Shown piece by piece: positions 62,008 to 64,000 of a DNA stretch of 64,000 nucleotides. How positions within the stretch are numbered: the stretch's first letter is position 1; each line of letters opens with the position of its first letter. Source of the DNA: a virus; the IMG/VR virus record IMGVR_UViG_3300037808_001018. One strand, written 5' to 3'. The notes beneath the pieces were generated by a model. It ran no database searches. It was given only the letters and a program-made list of their open reading frames with translations, and was not told the DNA's origin. Made by a program: the position numbers and the translations under genes.

Positions 62008-62421
62008 CTAGACTCCGCGATAAATAACGCGAATGATGTCACCGTCCGCAGTGCTCGCTTCGAGCGCCCGGCCAATGGTTGTTCCTGGCACAAACGTTGC
62101 GCCTCCGTCCGTGATTTTGCCGTCAGCGGCAGCATCAATGTAGTTGCCAGCGGCAATCGCGCCGTCCGTGGTCCCGTAGTGCTCACCAAAACCTTTTTGA
62201 GCGATGTCAGCGAAGTAACGGCCACGCGGCGCGCCACGCTCCGATCCTACCGCGCCGGTAACATCAGAGCCAACTAGCGTGCCATCCCAAGCGTTTGGGT
62301 CAGTGCCAGCAACGGTCGCCTCGATGCGTCCATTACTAAGCCCCAACGTCATCCGTCGGTAAATATTTACAACACCAGAACCGTCAGGAACCGGGTATGA
62401 AAGAAGTGAATCGTATTTCAT
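62008..62421 (-). CDS. head decoration-like protein (DUF2190-like)
   Basis: 137 aa, Gly/Ala/Thr-rich, C-terminus GTTIGRALEASTADGDIIRVIY. It lies between the protease and the capsid gene. Confidence 0.45.
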   Translation of the reverse strand: MKYDSLLSYPVPDGSGVVNIYRRMTLGLSNGRIEATVAGTDPNAWDGTLVGSDVTGAVGSERGAPRGRYFADIAQKGFGEHYGTTDGAIAAGNYIDAAADGKITDGGATFVPGTTIGRALEASTADGDIIRVIYRGV

Positions 62422-62432
62422 GTGATAGAGTG

Positions 62433-63659
62433 CTAGGCGCTAAGTTGAGTGATTCCTTTTGATGCGAGGTGCTTGTCGTAAAGCGTCGGGAAGTCCTCAT
62501 TGATTCGCTCGGATGCGTCTGAGAAATTGATATTCTCGGTTTTCATCAGGCTATCAACGCGGGCCTCAAATTCGGTCGCGTTTGGATCGTTTGCCACGTC
62601 ACCCGATCCAATGCTAGGGGCACTGATACCAGCGTCATTGCCCGTGCGAATGGACTCTCGTAGAGCGTCATTCTCTGCAATCGCGACCTTATACTTTTCA
62701 GCCAACTCGGTAACGCTCTCTTCAGCGGCGTTAAATTCAGCCTGGGCTTGATCTTGTTCAGCCGCTGCGATCATCGCCTCACGCTCTTCGAGAAGAAAGT
62801 CGAGTTTGTCGTTCAATGCTGCAAACTCAGCACTTTCACCAGCAAGAACCGGTTCAGCTTCTTGCTCTGCCTCGGCCTCGGAATAGCCTGGCGAGTCGTC
62901 ATAGGAACCGTCATCAGCTTCAGCTTCGGCAGTTCCTTCGACTTCAGCGAGGAGCGCCTCAACGGCGTCGTCGTCCATGTCATCGATGATAGCGTCGATT
63001 TGCTCGTCGCTTAGTTCTTCATCCTCGGCAATGGCTTCGTTAAATCCTGTCAGCACACTGGAACGGAACTCTTCAAGCTCCGTTAGTTTTTCGCCAACAT
63101 GGGATTGAAACTCTGCTAGAGCTTTGAGGATGTCCGCATTACTAGGGTTGCTTGAATCCATATCCACGGGCGAGGCGTCAACATCCTCTTTGGCGGAAAA
63201 TAATCCGGTAGTGTTCGCGGCAGGCGCGGCCACCCAATCCACGCTGACTAATTTGGCGACACGGGCGTATTTTTGATCGCCTATTTGCTCTGGTTGGCCG
63301 CGAAATGATGCGGATAATCCGATTCCTGCGGGCATGCGTTCGGCCATCTCGATGAGGTGATCAAACTTTTCATGCGACTTGAGTAGGTTCAGGTCGGCTC
63401 GGAGCCTGTTATCGTCTTGGCGAAAATTATTGAGATAGCCCACCACGGCATCAGCTCCGCTCCCATGGTTGAGCTTAACGGGCACGCTGCCCATTTCCAC
63501 GGCGAGGTCATGCATTTGGCGCACGCAACAATCGTCAACGTGCAAGCTATGGCCCACTGCTTCGATCCCGCCCTCGATGACTGAGACGCCGCGAATAACG
63601 CCTTCCTTGCGGTTGATCCCGTCAAAGCCGCGTGAAGCCTCTAATTGGTATAGTGACAT
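62433..63659 (-). CDS. prohead protease (HK97 S78-like) fused to an acidic scaffold-like C-terminal domain
   Basis: The N-terminal ~160 aa contain VKLNHG..VVGYL..DDNRLRADLNLL..GLSASF, which fits the S78 His/Ser pattern. The C-terminal ~240 aa are Glu/Asp/Ala-rich and helical. Confidence 0.6.
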   Translation of the reverse strand: MSLYQLEASRGFDGINRKEGVIRGVSVIEGGIEAVGHSLHVDDCCVRQMHDLAVEMGSVPVKLNHGSGADAVVGYLNNFRQDDNRLRADLNLLKSHEKFDHLIEMAERMPAGIGLSASFRGQPEQIGDQKYARVAKLVSVDWVAAPAANTTGLFSAKEDVDASPVDMDSSNPSNADILKALAEFQSHVGEKLTELEEFRSSVLTGFNEAIAEDEELSDEQIDAIIDDMDDDAVEALLAEVEGTAEAEADDGSYDDSPGYSEAEAEQEAEPVLAGESAEFAALNDKLDFLLEEREAMIAAAEQDQAQAEFNAAEESVTELAEKYKVAIAENDALRESIRTGNDAGISAPSIGSGDVANDPNATEFEARVDSLMKTENINFSDASERINEDFPTLYDKHLASKGITQLSA

Positions 63660-63696
63660 ACCACACGACGCGGGTCAACGCGTCGCGCCGTCCTTG

Positions 63697-63771
63697 CGGT
63701 AACTGGTCCCCGAATAGCGGTAACTGGTCCCCGAATAGCGGTAACTGGTCCTCGAATAGCGGTAACTGGCG
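63697..63771. repeat. 21-bp tandem repeat x3.5 (iteron-like)
   Basis: gcggtaactggtccccgaata occurs at 63697, 63718 and 63739 (one C>T change), with a partial copy at 63760-71. The array is 38 nt upstream of the protease/scaffold start. Confidence 0.95.
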
Positions 63772-63822
63772 CAAAGGGGAGACTTTGGGCGCTATTTCTC
63801 CCCTTGTTTGCTGGCGCTATCC

Positions 63823-64000
63823 TTACACAAAAAGGCCGCACCCCTTGCGAGGCGCGCCGTCGGAGTCTTTACACCTCGGACACTCGTAGCCTTCACGGAG
63901 AGTATAGTAAGCAGGTTCCCAATTATGATTGCAGGTCTTGCAAATCTCTATCACTCTCTCCGAAGGTTGCACCCATACGAATTCGCTGAAGTTGAGATTT
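63823..64000 (-). CDS. partial zinc-ribbon protein (5' end outside the window)
   Basis: Hand translation gives ..SERVIEICKTCNHNWEPAYYTLREGYECPRCKDSDGAPRKGCGLFV, with the stop at 63823-25. It is not in the ORF track because fewer than 60 aa lie in the window. Confidence 0.35.
   Translation of the reverse strand, partial: NLNFSEFVWVQPSERVIEICKTCNHNWEPAYYTLREGYECPRCKDSDGAPRKGCGLFV

Noticed and set aside
63632-63889. ORFs 63632..63889 (+) and 63641..63841 (-) with repetitive peptides (NWSPNSG, VTAIRGP)
   Set aside because: Both are read-throughs of the 21-bp tandem repeat, which stays in frame because its period is a multiple of three. They lie in an intergenic position.

Overview
The window reads as a nearly complete genome of a temperate, long-tailed (siphovirus-like) dsDNA phage. 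No host chromosome is visible. Most genes are on the minus strand. Read in the minus direction, the modules are: small and large terminase (12725->10405), an accessory island, gpW-like and lambda-family portal genes (6932->5014), and a cluster of very basic proteins (5033->2126). At the right edge of the window the order continues with prohead protease/scaffold, decoration protein and major capsid protein (63659->60995), then connectors. A 6-kb block of plus-strand genes (53810..59804) follows, carrying a 1585-aa fibre. After it come the tail tube, a 1209-aa tape measure, distal tail proteins and three giant fibre genes (1837, 632 and 1144 aa). A glycosyltransferase-like gene and an FkbM-type methyltransferase gene sit between the fibre genes. 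Next are a lysis cassette (33462->31174) and an attP-like site containing the 3' half of tRNA-Gly(CCC). A tyrosine integrase, a plus-strand immunity/early block (25000..29548) and a replication-recombination module (24856->16595) complete the map. This gene order closes into a circle, so the window was probably cut inside the portal-to-protease interval of a circular or permuted genome slightly larger than 64 kb. No Shine-Dalgarno sequences are visible; start codons are often preceded by CA-rich leaders. I found no rRNA, no complete tRNA and no CRISPR array. Six observations seem most worth following up. (1) A dispersed multigene family of Arg/Lys-rich proteins is built from a Gly/Ala-zipper-plus-basic block, and two members share a 52-nt identical 5' end. 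(2) A membrane-anchored coiled-coil PAS-domain protein sits inside the lysis cassette. (3) An A10 slippery run lies exactly in the TerS/TerL overlap. (4) The attP architecture is unusually clear. (5) A 467-bp structured non-coding region next to the helicase and primase genes looks like an origin. (6) A GGTAAGAC / TACCNGGTA motif recurs in intergenic regions. All functional calls come from motif recognition by eye; no searches were run.
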